Source: a virus (Duplodnaviria > Caudoviricetes). Taken from it: 64,000 nucleotides of DNA. A program made the position numbers and the translations under genes. The stretch lies in IMG/VR virus record IMGVR_UViG_3300033407_000004, positions 12,134 through 76,133 of that record; one strand, written 5' to 3'. The notes beneath the pieces are model-generated. The model searched no databases. It saw only the letters and a program-made list of their open reading frames with translations, and had not been told where the DNA came from. Below are positions 1-8,700 of the stretch, piece after piece; within the stretch, counting starts at the first letter, position 1, and every line of letters begins with the position of its first letter.

Positions 1-934
1 CCGCAAGCCCACTCAGTCCTTTGGGGCCGGATAACACCCCGCAAGATGAACAGGTCATGGTGGAAAACCTTGAGGGAACTTCAACGAATCTCCTACCGCA
101 TTGACTGCTCTTGTAGGAAATAAACTGTCTGAGTTGCCCTGTAGCTGCCGATGATACCGATTTACCAAACTTCTTTGACATGCCCTTAAGGTTATCTTTT
201 GAGAAACAGATCAATTCGTTTTCTGATACAAGGCGGCGAGAAAGTTTGTGATTGCGGTCCTTGCGCTGGTTCGCCATTTTCTCTTGAAGACGTGCTGTGA
301 GCTTTTTGTCGTGGCCCCTTTGTGATTGCGCGAGACGTAACGCGCCCCCTTGAAGTTCCTTTGGATGCTCGATCTTTTCTCCGGTCGAAAGCGTAAGAAG
401 CGTCTTAAACCCAGGGTCGATGCCAACCTGAGCGTTGCCAGTGATTGTGATTTCGTTCGGCGCTGCGTCTATAAATAAGCAAAGATGCCAACCAGAAGAT
501 CTCTTTACGATCCTGCCGCACTTGATCTTCTCGGCAGGCAATTCCTGTTTGTAAAAACGCACGGGGCCAAGTCCCGGAACGCTGATTCGGTTCTTCTTAG
601 GTGGGCGAATCGGATCGGGGAATGGTATTGAGTTGAGTTTGTTTCTCTGTCCCTTTAGGTGCGGTTTCTTGCCGATCTTTTTGAAACATCGTTTCCATGC
701 CGAGTGCGCATTTGATAAAATGCCCTGAATCGTATGGCTCGGAATGTCCAGCTTCTTCCCATGATCCGCAAGAATGTTTTGGAAATCCTTCGGCGTGTAA
801 TAAATCCCGTCCTTCGCGTCAAGTTCGATCTTGCGAACAGCCCAATTCCACACACCCGTTAGGTTATTGAGCCATACCGCAAGGGTTGCTTCTTGTGCTT
901 TGGTCAGTTTGAGTTTTAATTGTCGTTGAACCAT
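1..934 (-). CDS. tnpB: TnpB-family protein, 3' end beyond window; atypical RuvC-II
   Basis: Not in ORF track. Manual translation from ATG 934 (RBS AAAGGAGA) is open to the edge: MVQRQLKLKLTKAQEA...QVGIDPGFK (RuvC-I)...ENELICFSKDNLKGM...STMTCSSCG (Zn ribbon start). Confidence 0.9.
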   Translation of the reverse strand, partial: MVQRQLKLKLTKAQEATLAVWLNNLTGVWNWAVRKIELDAKDGIYYTPKDFQNILADHGKKLDIPSHTIQGILSNAHSAWKRCFKKIGKKPHLKGQRNKLNSIPFPDPIRPPKKNRISVPGLGPVRFYKQELPAEKIKCGRIVKRSSGWHLCLFIDAAPNEITITGNAQVGIDPGFKTLLTLSTGEKIEHPKELQGGALRLAQSQRGHDKKLTARLQEKMANQRKDRNHKLSRRLVSENELICFSKDNLKGMSKKFGKSVSSAATGQLRQFISYKSSQCGRRFVEVPSRFSTMTCSSCGVLSGPKGLSGLA

Positions 935-979
935 AATGTACTTGCTCTCCTTTCGGGTAGAGAAAAATGAACAAAAAAG

Positions 980-1018
980 TGACTAAGAAACCGCCTGCTT
1001 TAGCTGGCGGTAGATCAC
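980..1018 (+). mobile_element. Orphan copy of IS200/IS605 right-end hairpin
   Basis: TGACTAAGAAACCGCCTGCTTTAGCTGGCGGTAGATCAC, nearly identical to 2786-2825 and ending in TCAC. Confidence 0.8.
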
Positions 1019-1341
1019 CAACATGTCCCGGTGATTGTCCCGGTCGTACTCGATCGTATCGCCTTAAATCCGTCCACCTCTGACTTGTTGTCCAGCGTCA
1101 ACGGGAAGTTGGAAGACGATAAGCTATGCCCCACGCTGCTCGTCGGCGCCGTCCCGTCCAGCCACATTCGGACACCGGCCCCCTCGTAGGTGAGTAGGCA
1201 CTTATTCGGGCTGAAACTGGAGGTAATCCACGAGGGGATGCCGACCGCCGTATCAGCCACGGTGAGCGTGAATTTGACTGCGGCCTGAGCAGTAACGGCC
1301 ATGAGTGCGAGAAGCAGGGAGATGAGGATAAGCTTTTTCAT
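1015..1341 (-). CDS. Late phage protein with Sec signal peptide (possible decoration protein)
   Basis: MKKLILISLLLALMAVTAQA signal; VRMWLDGTAPTSSVG motif; strong RBS. Confidence 0.75.
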   Translation of the reverse strand: MKKLILISLLLALMAVTAQAAVKFTLTVADTAVGIPSWITSSFSPNKCLLTYEGAGVRMWLDGTAPTSSVGHSLSSSNFPLTLDNKSEVDGFKAIRSSTTGTITGTCW

Positions 1342-1373
1342 TGTAGTTCTCCTTTCGGGGAGTGAAATTGAAC

Positions 1374-1407
1374 AAAAAAAATGGCCGAAGATTAAATCTC
1401 TCCGGCC
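1374..1407 (-). terminator. Intrinsic terminator
   Basis: GGCCGGAGAG-ATTTAAT-CTTCGGCC hairpin followed by T8 on minus strand. Confidence 0.75.
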
Positions 1408-1432
1408 CTAATACAGGCGTAATGTTGCTCGC

Positions 1433-1441
1433 TATTCAGTT
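1433..1441 (-). promoter_or_regulatory. boxA-like motif AACTGAATA
   Basis: TTTGAAAACTGAATAGC on minus; same 9-mer at 2828, 24565 and 24646, each upstream of a terminator. Confidence 0.55.
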
Positions 1442-1448
1442 TTCAAAC

Positions 1449-1485
1449 AAAAAAAGGGCCACAGATTTTTTCATTCTGCGGCCCT
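1449..1485 (-). terminator. Intrinsic terminator
   Basis: AGGGCCGCAGA...TCTGTGGCCCT hairpin followed by a T tract on minus strand. Confidence 0.75.
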
Positions 1486-1586
1486 CGCGACAGGCGTAAT
1501 ACGGCTACAAATTAGCGGCAAGAGGGCTGTCTCCTTTTAGGTGACAGGTGAATTGCCGCATTCCGCAAAGCGGGATTAGTTCTTTG

Positions 1587-1615
1587 TTGACTCCTACGAT
1601 AAACTATGATAAATT
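1587..1615 (+). promoter_or_regulatory. Sigma70-type promoter for leaderless tnpB
   Basis: TTGACT-17-TAAATT with extended -10 TG; ATG 6 nt after the -10; no RBS. Confidence 0.6.
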
Positions 1616-1621
1616 GTAAGC

Positions 1622-2788
1622 ATGTTGGTCAATAAAGCATACAGCTTTCGATTGTATCCGACTCAGAGCCAAGCCGAATTGCTTGCGCAGCATTTCGGCT
1701 GCTGCCGTTTCACCTACAACCACTTTCTTCGTGAACGCATTGACTACTACGCCGCGAACAAGGGGAAAAAGAAGCAGGGTTTGACGTACCACGATACGAC
1801 CAAGATTCTGACTGTCCTTAAAAATACTCCAGAGCATGTCTGGCTGAATGCCGTAAACTCTCAAGCCCTTCAACAATCCCTTCGTCGCCTCGATGTGGCG
1901 TACAACAACTTTTTTAATAAACGAGCGAAGTTCCCTAAGTTCAAAAGCAAACATGATAAGCAGTCGTTTCTGGTGCCTCAAGGATTTAAAATTGACGCTG
2001 AAAGCTGTTTTTTGCGTATCCCTAAATTTCAACCAATCAAAGCTGTCTTTCACCGCCCCATCGAAGGCGAGATGAAGAGCGTCACTATCTCTAAAACTAC
2101 GACCGGGAAATACTTTGCCTCTGTCCTGTGTGAAGTCGAACAGAAAGTCAAGTCGAAGAAGACCGGCAAACAGATCGGTATTGACCTTGGCCTCAAGTCG
2201 TTTATCGTGACCTCTGCCGGCGAGACGGCAGAAGCGCCGAAGTTTCTCCGTAAGTCCGAAGACCACTTGAAGTTCTTTCAGCGTCGCCTTTCCCGCAAGG
2301 TGAAGGGAAGCGCGAACCGAAACAAGGCGCGTCACAAGGTTGCGCTGATTCATGAGAAGATTGCGAACCAAAGAAAAGATTTTATTCACAAATTGAGTGC
2401 CCGACTGGTAAGCGAAAACCAAGCTATCTTTGCCGAGGACTTGAATGTGAAGGGCATGACGGCGAACCACTGCATTGCGAAGTCTGTTTCCGATGCAGGG
2501 TGGTCGGAGTTTATTCGCCAACTTAAGTACAAATCTGAATGGAGCGGTACCACGTTCGGGCAGATCGACAGATTCATTCCATCTTCCAAGCGTCACGTCA
2601 CCTGCGGCTGGATAAACCAGTCGCTTACGCTGAAGGACCGGGAGTGGACCTGCCAGGGTTGCGGTGAAGTTGTTGACCGTGATTGGAATGCTGCTCAAAA
2701 TATTCTCCTGTTCGGAACAATTCAAATAGCGTCGGATCGACGCGAATCAACGCTTAGTGAGAAGCGGCGTATTAAAGCCCTTCATTGA
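1622..2788 (+). CDS. tnpB: TnpB RNA-guided endonuclease, intact RuvC triad
   Basis: N-terminal AYSFRLYPT; GIDLGLK, AEDLNVKGM, DRDWNAAQN; HxxC/CxxC Zn ribbon. Confidence 0.95.
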   Translation: MLVNKAYSFRLYPTQSQAELLAQHFGCCRFTYNHFLRERIDYYAANKGKKKQGLTYHDTTKILTVLKNTPEHVWLNAVNSQALQQSLRRLDVAYNNFFNKRAKFPKFKSKHDKQSFLVPQGFKIDAESCFLRIPKFQPIKAVFHRPIEGEMKSVTISKTTTGKYFASVLCEVEQKVKSKKTGKQIGIDLGLKSFIVTSAGETAEAPKFLRKSEDHLKFFQRRLSRKVKGSANRNKARHKVALIHEKIANQRKDFIHKLSARLVSENQAIFAEDLNVKGMTANHCIAKSVSDAGWSEFIRQLKYKSEWSGTTFGQIDRFIPSSKRHVTCGWINQSLTLKDREWTCQGCGEVVDRDWNAAQNILLFGTIQIASDRRESTLSEKRRIKALH

Positions 2789-2845
2789 CCTAAGAAGCCG
2801 CCTGCTTTAGATGGCGGTAGATCACGATATTCAGTTGTTTCAGCT
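2700..2845 (+). ncRNA. TnpB omegaRNA (scaffold overlapping tnpB 3' end, guide from 2826)
   Basis: GCGTCG/CGACGC stem, CTTAG/CTAAG pairing, terminal hairpin ending TCAC; 5' boundary approximate. Confidence 0.7.
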
Positions 2846-2870
2846 TGTCAAGAGTTTATCATTTTGGGCC

Positions 2871-2899
2871 TTGCTTTGCAACATAAATTTCTGTATACT
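2871..2899 (+). promoter_or_regulatory. Near-consensus sigma70 promoter
   Basis: TTGCTT-17-TATACT, ATG 6 nt downstream. Confidence 0.6.
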
Positions 2900-2905
2900 T
2901 GCCCC

Positions 2906-2953
2906 ATGCGAATTCTCCCCCTTCTCCTTGTGCTGGCGGTGTGTGGGGTGTAA
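2906..2953 (+). CDS. Leaderless 15-aa hydrophobic peptide MRILPLLLVLAVCGV
   Basis: Starts at the predicted +1 of the 2871 promoter; resembles a lipoprotein signal remnant. Confidence 0.3.
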   Translation: MRILPLLLVLAVCGV

Positions 2954-2961
2954 GAATCTCT

Positions 2962-3459
2962 TTATAGCTCTGCCTCTAGTGACAGCTTAAGCGCTTTTAA
3001 TTTCACCCAATCCCAATCACATTCTTGGGCATGGGATACCAAGCCAGTGCGCATATCCAAGATAGGTGAAAAAGCTTTGTGGTTGTGTTCAGCATCTCCG
3101 TTGTACAGCGGGTCTCCAAGCAAAACTATGTGAACCGTTTCGTGGGAAACCGTATCATTGTATAGCGAATCCTCAGACACATATATTTCTCCGTTCCACA
3201 TGCAGCCTTTTCTTTTCTTTTTCCCGCATATAAATTCTCCCTGCTGCATAACATGTATAGTTACTGATTTACCATCATCGTCGTACCCATATAATCGGTT
3301 CATGCAAGATTTAGTTTCTCTTACATTGGTGTCCACTTCGGCTAATTCAACAGAACTTATTTGATAAAGCTCCGTTCCTATTATCTTAGAATCAATATTG
3401 TTAGCCCCACAGCCGTAACTTACAAAACATACCAAACATGCAAGGGATACTTTAAGCAT
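2962..3459 (-). CDS. Lipoprotein with HExxH motif (putative Zn metallopeptidase, moron-like)
   Basis: MLKVSLACLVCFVSYGC lipobox-like signal; SHETVH; AT-rich; starts right after the fibre stop. Confidence 0.65.
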   Translation of the reverse strand: MLKVSLACLVCFVSYGCGANNIDSKIIGTELYQISSVELAEVDTNVRETKSCMNRLYGYDDDGKSVTIHVMQQGEFICGKKKRKGCMWNGEIYVSEDSLYNDTVSHETVHIVLLGDPLYNGDAEHNHKAFSPILDMRTGLVSHAQECDWDWVKLKALKLSLEAEL

Positions 3460-3460
3460 T

Positions 3461-4750
3461 TTATTGAGCCACCACAATTATCCGCCATGTTTGCGAACTG
3501 AAAGTATACCCATTCGCGTTTGCATTTGCCAGATGTATCATGACCGTATTTGTGGCCGAGACGGTAGCGTAAGCATTTACAAAATATGCCGCTAAATTAT
3601 TGTGCGGAGGGGTAATTATAACATTGTCTCCAACTTGCGCACCAGTAACAGTTAAAGTGGTCTCGGCGCCGCTCCCGGCATTGATCGTACCTGGAGCCCA
3701 TACCACGCTTCCGAAATAAACAGCTTTACCACTGATTTGCGTAGCAGATGTTGCAGTGGCTGAATTTCCCGTACAAGATCCAGAACTACCGGAAGCATTG
3801 CCGGTGACGTTGCCGGTCAGCGTCGCCGTAATCGTCCCCGCCGCAAAGTCCCCAGACGGATTTCTTGCGACAATTGTTTCCCCCGCATTTGACGATGCAG
3901 CATTCATCCCATCCAGTTTATCCGCATCCAGTCCTGACCCTGAGCCTGCGCCGGTTATGGTTGTTGACGGAAGGGAGACGGGGCCGGTGAATACTGCTGT
4001 ACCAGTCACATTTTGCGTCCCGCTCAATGTATTCGTACCGCTGCTGCTAATCGTCCCCGTTAGAGTCAAATACGCCGAGCTTGTGCCGCTGGTGAGCATG
4101 TCGGCGGAGAGGGCGGAGCCGGTAACTTTCATGATCGATACGTTTACATCCGTCCCGGTAGTGGCTGCGTCCAGTGATCCAGAGTCAAGGGAGACCGTGA
4201 CCGTAGTCGTCCCGGAAGCGTATGCCGAAGCAGTAACGCGCCCATAGACCGCGTTCCCGGTGATCGTCGCCTTGATGCGCATACCGACAGGGTAAATGTC
4301 CGTGTAGTCGCCGGTCACGGAGAACTGCGTTGCGCTGATGTAGGTGGATAATGCGCCCGCTGCGATCCATGGGCCGGTGGTGAGGTCTTCGGGGGTTGTG
4401 AAGGGCATCGAAGAGACGTTATCGGAAGTCCATATCGCAGTGCCAGTACTACAATTGGTCTGATTGGCGGCCATCAGCTTTACCTTGACCGGGCCTGTTA
4501 TCCAGATCGGCGATTCTCCCCGACTGTTCAGCGTTACAGACGTTCCGAGTGCGGTAGTCGCGGAAGCATCCGTGTACACTGCCTTTGGAGTGCTCGAATT
4601 TACCTCGAAAAAACAGACCTTGCACCCGTTGCAAGGACGACCTGCCGAGTCGTCGAAATGGGAAATAGGGGGTGGCAGGACGCTTGCTGTTCCAAAGGCA
4701 TTGCTTGCAAACAACATTGTGAGCATGAGCACTGAAGCGATTTTCTTCAT
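3461..4750 (-). CDS. Tail fibre with signal peptide and P22-type particle-binding N-domain
   Basis: True start 4750 (RBS AGGAG): MKKIASVLMLTMLFASNAFG; TPKAVYTDA...VTLNSRGE; GLDADKLDG fibre motif; Thr/Ser/Gly-rich. Confidence 0.8.
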   Translation of the reverse strand: MKKIASVLMLTMLFASNAFGTASVLPPPISHFDDSAGRPCNGCKVCFFEVNSSTPKAVYTDASATTALGTSVTLNSRGESPIWITGPVKVKLMAANQTNCSTGTAIWTSDNVSSMPFTTPEDLTTGPWIAAGALSTYISATQFSVTGDYTDIYPVGMRIKATITGNAVYGRVTASAYASGTTTVTVSLDSGSLDAATTGTDVNVSIMKVTGSALSADMLTSGTSSAYLTLTGTISSSGTNTLSGTQNVTGTAVFTGPVSLPSTTITGAGSGSGLDADKLDGMNAASSNAGETIVARNPSGDFAAGTITATLTGNVTGNASGSSGSCTGNSATATSATQISGKAVYFGSVVWAPGTINAGSGAETTLTVTGAQVGDNVIITPPHNNLAAYFVNAYATVSATNTVMIHLANANANGYTFSSQTWRIIVVAQ

Positions 4751-4769
4751 AATATTCTCCTTAATTTTA

Positions 4770-4798
4770 TTGACTTTAAATTTACCTACGAGTATACT
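4770..4798 (+). promoter_or_regulatory. Near-consensus sigma70 promoter, leaderless
   Basis: TTGACT-17-TATACT; ATG at 4806. Confidence 0.7.
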
Positions 4799-4805
4799 TA
4801 TACAC

Positions 4806-4943
4806 ATGAAGATAAAAATACTTACCCTCACGTGTCTCAGGTGCAACCACAAATGGACCCCGCGAACTGATGATGTCCGTATCTGCCCAAAGTGCAAATC
4901 CGCGCTTTGGGATAAACCGAAGAAGGAGCCCCATGGAAAATAG
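4806..4943 (+). CDS. 45-aa Zn-ribbon protein
   Basis: MKIKILTLTCLRCNHKWTPRTDDVRICPKCKSALWDKPK, two CxxC. Confidence 0.7.
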   Translation: MKIKILTLTCLRCNHKWTPRTDDVRICPKCKSALWDKPKKEPHGK

Positions 4944-5712
4944 TACGGTTAAATTGTGCGAATGCGGTTGCGGTAATCCTGCGCCAATTGCCAAGGCAAC
5001 GGCTAAGCGTTTTGGTTATATTAAAGGGCAGCCAATGCGCTTTATCCAAAACCACAAGAAGTGCATTGATCTTACTGGACAGCGATTTGGCCGGCTTGTA
5101 GTATTGCGACTTGTCGCCCCGAAGGCTAAAGATCGTGGCGCATATTTCCTCTGTCAATGCGACTGCGGAGTGACTAAAGTTATACAGGGCAATTCTCTTA
5201 AAACAGGGCATACTGTATCGTGCGGATGCTTTAATAATGACAATTGCGGAAAGCTTGCGCAAAATTATCTTGCGACACATAAAGAATATGGCACTCCTAT
5301 TTACAGGATTTGGAACACTATGATACAGCGATGTCGCAATGAAAAATCTACGTCCTACGAACATTACGGCGGTCGCGGTATTACGGTCTGCGAACGCTGG
5401 CATAAGTTTGAAAACTTTCTTGCCGATATGGGGCATAGACCAACTCCAAAGCACAGCATTGACCGCATAAACAATGATGGTAACTATGAGCCTGGAAATT
5501 GTCGTTGGGCAACACAACAAGAGCAACACAACAACAGTCGGTTTAATAAATTTATTACTTATCAAGGACAAACAAAAACATTGGCACAGTGGTGCGCTTT
5601 TCTCGGCCTTGAATATAACATCATACAACTGCGGCTTTCTAGGCACTGGACCGTTGAGCGAGCCCTTACCACTCCCAATATGGGAATAGGGTATCATCCT
5701 CGCCTCAAATAA
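4933..5712 (+). CDS. HNH homing endonuclease
   Basis: RBS AAGGAG; DLTGQRFGRL, CQCDCG, YGGRGITVCERW, SIDRINNDGNYEPGNCRWAT. Confidence 0.85.
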   Translation: MENSTVKLCECGCGNPAPIAKATAKRFGYIKGQPMRFIQNHKKCIDLTGQRFGRLVVLRLVAPKAKDRGAYFLCQCDCGVTKVIQGNSLKTGHTVSCGCFNNDNCGKLAQNYLATHKEYGTPIYRIWNTMIQRCRNEKSTSYEHYGGRGITVCERWHKFENFLADMGHRPTPKHSIDRINNDGNYEPGNCRWATQQEQHNNSRFNKFITYQGQTKTLAQWCAFLGLEYNIIQLRLSRHWTVERALTTPNMGIGYHPRLK

Positions 5713-5763
5713 TACGACTGCTTGCGATCAACATGAGTGCTGCGAGTGCTGTGGCGAATCGTT

Positions 5764-8700
5764 TCATTCTTCCTCCTCGGTGGTTAATTCGATATCATCA
5801 TTTGCGTTTGCAGACTTCACGGATTCATTTAAAAATGCCATCCTCTCGGTAATCATTTCATCAATATCCCGGATTTCAGACTTGTCGGCGTTGTCGTCAA
5901 GAAGCTCTTTGCGCAATTTCCTGAACCTCTTCACATCGCGTTCAATGTCGTTGGCCAGTCTGTAAAGCCCCGCTTCCGGGTGGGCTTCAAGGTAATCGTC
6001 AATGTCCTTACCATCTTTCAACCTGCCCTCGATCTCGTTCTGATGCTTGTTCAGAAGGATGATGTTTTCGTAAAATCTGCTTCCCTCTGCGGATTGGCTT
6101 GCAGCATTACCGTAAAGTCTTCCGAAAAGCGGGATCTTGTGGGGCGGTAGGTCCTCTCCAGAGGCAAGCACGGTTGTGCTCGTGGCGACCTTATTTAACT
6201 CCCGTCCGACTCCGCCTGTGGCTTGTCCGATGAGGTAGTCTATTTGATCCGGGGTCGGGCTTACGACCCCCGGCTGGTACTCAGTCCCGCCGGACAGCCA
6301 ATTTATGGCTCGTGAAAGCTGCTTGCTGATTTCGCTTGCGGTATCCTTGGTTCTAGTATGTCCCGGCGTCGGGTTCAAGCTGTTATAATCCGGTCTCGAA
6401 ATAGGTCTCCCCGTCCAGTCCCGGTTTTCCGCCAGTGCCGCAAACGGATCCAGCACGGTCGGAGCGATAGTCTGCATGGACAGACCCGACCCACCGATCG
6501 GATTAAATGCATCCACTACCGTGCCGGCAAATGACGTAACCTTTTTCCCTACATCCTTGCGACCAGGCAAGAGAAGTTCCGTGGCTAACCGGCCCAGATT
6601 CGGCAGCACGAGAAAGCCTTGCGGCATGGGGATTGAGATGTACTTCTTACCGCCTATGGGAATAACGAAGCTCCTCTCACGAATAAAGCCCGGCGGCTCG
6701 TCATCATCGAATCCAAATGCGGCCAGCATCAAGGCATCCATGGCGCCGAGCAGTATTCCGCCAGCGATTATCTTTTTGCCTGCCGGTCCCTTCAGGGTTT
6801 CCACCATCCTCGCCGTACCTTGGGCGGAGGCGTTAAAGAAGGCATACAGCGACCCTGCCTGCCTCGCTATTTGACCCTTCCTGTTAAAGTTGACGGTCAG
6901 GTTCTTGGCAATGCTTGCGGCCTGCATTTTGCTCATTCCGGCGTCTATGGCGGTTTTGTAAGTGGCAAGCCTGACTGCGTTCTCGGAAACCGTATTGTAG
7001 TCGGAAAGCCAGTTCATAACGGCCCTGCCTGCCATCCTCATCTTGCCTGCCATTGCTCGCTTGATTTCTCTCTGAAGGGCTTCCCCGCGCTCCTGAGAGT
7101 TTTTGAACATATCGCGATACCCGGTCTGTCCGCCTTCAGCTTGGAATTCTTCCCAAAGCTGCGCCCATTGAGACGTGGGAGCCTTTCCTGACCTCTTCTT
7201 TCTGATATCCGAGTAAATACCCCGCAATGCGGAGACAGTGTGTTTCAGCACGATAGGCTGCTTGCCTGCCAGCGGAGTTGCGCTGAGATTCAGCATTCCG
7301 CTTTGAACGTCGCGCATGAGGTTGATAACGCCAAAGACCGGGTTGTACTGCGTGTTGATTGAGGCAAAATACCTTGTCGCTTTAGCGGAAAGCCCGAGCA
7401 AGTGGCTGATCTCGTCGGCATCCAGATTCTTGAGGGCTGCGGCCATCCGGACGGCTCTCTCATTAGTTTCGTTGAACATGACCGAATGTTCTTCGATTAT
7501 TCCGGTTTTCTTATTCGGGATCCTTGCGATGATCACGTTTTCTTTTGACTTATAGAGCGGGTCAACCATGGAAACAACTCGCTCTTCAACGTAAGGCTTT
7601 GCTGCCTTTCTCGCCACCGATCCGGGGATAGTTTCGGCAAAATCCTGAGCGTCTTCTTTGGTCAGGAAATTCCCCTCCACTTTCGCTTTGGATACGACTT
7701 CCCACGGGTAAACGGTGGCTTCGAGAGTCTTGATCTTTGGCGGCTGGTCAACCTTCCAGAAGTCTTTGTTCGGGTTCGCAAAAGCCAACCCGACAAGAGC
7801 GGTAGATACCCGGTTCTTTTCTCCCCGGATAATCGCCTTCTCTCGTTGAGACGCTATGTTTGCCAGAATATCCACCACGGCCCGCTTCGAGCCAGTACGC
7901 CTCTTGGAGACTGGCCCGCGAACAGAGAAGCCCTGCCCGATTCCAGGACCTCGCTCCATGTCTTCCCGGTGAAGGGGTACGTAGTATTTATACGCTGACT
8001 CCATGGCGTCAACGTCGCTCTGAGCCGTAAGCCCGTATTCGACCCATGTCTGGCGAGTTTCTTTGTTGATCGCGTCAACCTTTTTCGCAAGGGCCTCGAA
8101 TGCTGCCATATTTTCAGGGGTCAGCGATGAGAGATACGCTTGCGCATCCGCTGTATCCATGCCCGATCCACCATCCTGCATGTCCGGGTTGTCAGGGTTC
8201 CGCTTGGCAATCGTCTCGTTCGCTTCCTGAGCATGGCGGGCGTGAAGATATTCCTCAAAGTCCGCGATGGCTATTTTGCGCTTTGCCATCTCCTGCATAA
8301 GAGGCCGGATCTCTTGTTCAAGGAAATCCGATGTTTTCTTCGCGGTCCGGCCATGGAACAGCTCTTCCTGCATGTAGACATTGAACTTGTCTGCGATTTC
8401 CCCTACCTGCTTCTTTATGGCCGCAATCACCCGTTTTGTGTCGATATGCTTATCCTGCATGGTGCGGATAAAAGAGTCCATCTTGGAAGGCTCTTCGGTC
8501 CACGAGACGCTATTCCTAGGGTTTTCGGCATTCACGCTTGCCGCTTCCTCTTTCGCCTTAACTTCCTCCACCTTCGGCCGCACCCCCTCCGCCTTCTTCA
8601 TCATCTTCGCCCTGGACGCTTCCCACCGTCTCCGTGCCTCCTCGCGGGAGATAGGCCCCTCACCGAGGGCGCCGGACTGACCCAGCCGCTTATTCGCATC

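Larger units (their letters stand above)
1509..2825 (+). mobile_element. Non-autonomous IS200/IS605 (IS1341-like) element carrying only tnpB
   Basis: Left hairpin CTGTCTCCTTTTAGGTGACAG (1527-1547); right hairpin with GAAG foot ending TCAC at 2825; removing 1509-2825 restores a boxA-ATTACGCCTGT unit like the one at 1410-1441; no tnpA. Confidence 0.8.

Noticed and set aside
1548-1575. GTGAATTGCCGC as the element left end (imperfect inverse of the right end)
   Set aside because: The 1508/1509 boundary better restores the flanking unit and fits the guide-pairing rule.
1604-2725. 373-aa minus-strand ORF
   Set aside because: Antisense shadow of tnpB with no motifs.
2826-2845. TnpB guide self-targeting the other boxA sites
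   Set aside because: Match is only 9-11 nt and the predicted CTAC TAM is absent at 1433, 24565 and 24646.
4837-5697. 286-aa minus-strand ORF
   Set aside because: Shadow of the HNH gene.
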